Shown here one piece after another: positions 22,243-22,643 of a stretch of 22,643 nucleotides of DNA. A program made the position numbers and the translations under genes. Within the stretch, counting starts at the first letter, position 1; every line of letters starts with the position of its first letter. The stretch covers positions 1 through 22,643 of the forward strand of contig CAXIUT010000154.1 in assembly GCA_964035545.1 (NCBI GenBank). Direction: 5' to 3'. The notes under the pieces were generated by a model, which saw nothing but the letters and a program-made list of their open reading frames with translations, did no database searches and was not told where the DNA came from. Origin of the DNA: Bugula neritina. Lineage: Eukaryota; Animalia; Bryozoa.

Positions 22243-22527
22243 TCAATCAAGTTTTTTTGGTGTCCTTTGTCGGCCTCTCGGGCTTTACAGGTCATCTGGT
22301 ATCTCCTAGACTTAAGCCTCCGACCCTTTCAGGTTAGTTGTTGGGCCTCAGTCCTTGGAAACGGCACCGGTAGCCATAGCTTTTAGGATCCATGGAGGAT
22401 TTCCGCTGTGGAGATGTCAGGAAATTCTTTGGTGGCTCTTCTCATGGCCTACACCAGAATTGCATCCCTGACCGGTAAGCCTCCAGGAATCTCCTGTGTT
22501 TCTCCGTCATCATACCAATCCAGTATC
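22243..22527 (-). other. GC-rich subtelomeric island; probably a 5'-truncated coding fragment (ncRNA not excluded)
   Basis: My count is 124 G+C in 240 nt over 22261-22500 (52%), far above the flanks. The minus strand gives ILDWYDDGETQEIPGGLPVRDAILVEAMRRATKEFPDISTAEIL and, in another frame, GSEAEVEEIPDDLESPRGRQRTPKKLD-TGA. No in-frame ATG or GT donor lies between it and the telomere. Confidence 0.45.
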
Positions 22528-22564
22528 TAATATTAATAATAAAATATAATTGTTTTTTTTTTCT

Positions 22565-22643
22565 GGGTTGGGTTGGGGTTGGGGTTGGGGTTGGGGTTGG
22601 GGTTGGGGTTGGGGTTGGGGTTGGGGTTGGGGTTGGGGTTGGG
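22565..22643 (+). repeat. Right telomere, (GGGGTT)n
   Basis: Two G3T2 units then G4T2 repeats, ending ...GGGGTTGGG at the last base. Confidence 0.98.

Noticed and set aside
624-22337. Hydrophobic ORFs in the supplied track (e.g. 624-899, 1502-1987, 14146-14502, 14937-15203, 18330-18616, 19774-20067)
   Set aside because: These are antisense shadows of A-rich coding strands under the wrong genetic code; the remaining track ORFs are mostly fragments of the genes annotated here.
118-22542. ATATTAATA as a subtelomeric breakage or telomere-addition motif
   Set aside because: Distance to the telomere varies, it is absent at the segment B end, it also occurs internally (e.g. near 6298), and it is expected by chance in such AT-rich DNA.
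1-22643. tRNA, rRNA, telomerase RNA, snRNA, CRISPR array or transposase genes
   Set aside because: No recognisable signatures by eye; a covariance-model search would be needed to exclude divergent RNAs.

Overview
AT-rich ciliate macronuclear DNA with C4A2/G4T2 telomeres at both ends and two internal (G4T2)n tracts. The window reads as three gene-dense minichromosomes joined head-to-tail: A 1-8569 (complete, 6 genes), B 8570-14119 (one Dopey/DOP1 gene missing its start) and C 14120-22643 (about 6 genes plus a GC-rich terminal island). The supplied standard-code ORF track is misleading. TAA and TAG are sense codons, and at invariant positions (NPC1 A-x-VIPFL, W-x-K, SV-x-F; Dopey x-WAD; LRR KI-x-NL; x-NKI repeats) both stand for Glu, with TGA as the stop. 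This is the peritrich-type code (NCBI table 30), not the usual ciliate Gln code. I traced 19 tiny GTA..AG introns of 19-23 nt (13 are exactly 20 nt). Recognisable products: BBOF1-like, NPC1-like (no N-terminal domain), SHIPPO/PGP-repeat protein, SDS22-type LRR protein built from 66-nt exon modules, DOP1, an EpiC/EPC1-like cortical coiled-coil protein, DUF1764 protein and a TPR-like protein. All four telomere tracts stop in the same register (...GGGGTTGGG). From about 17.4 kb onward the genes carry many 1-nt indels, mostly in homopolymers, so the distal sequence is probably low-accuracy and a chimeric read or assembly must be excluded for the junctions. All calls come from manual translation and motif recall; no database search was run.
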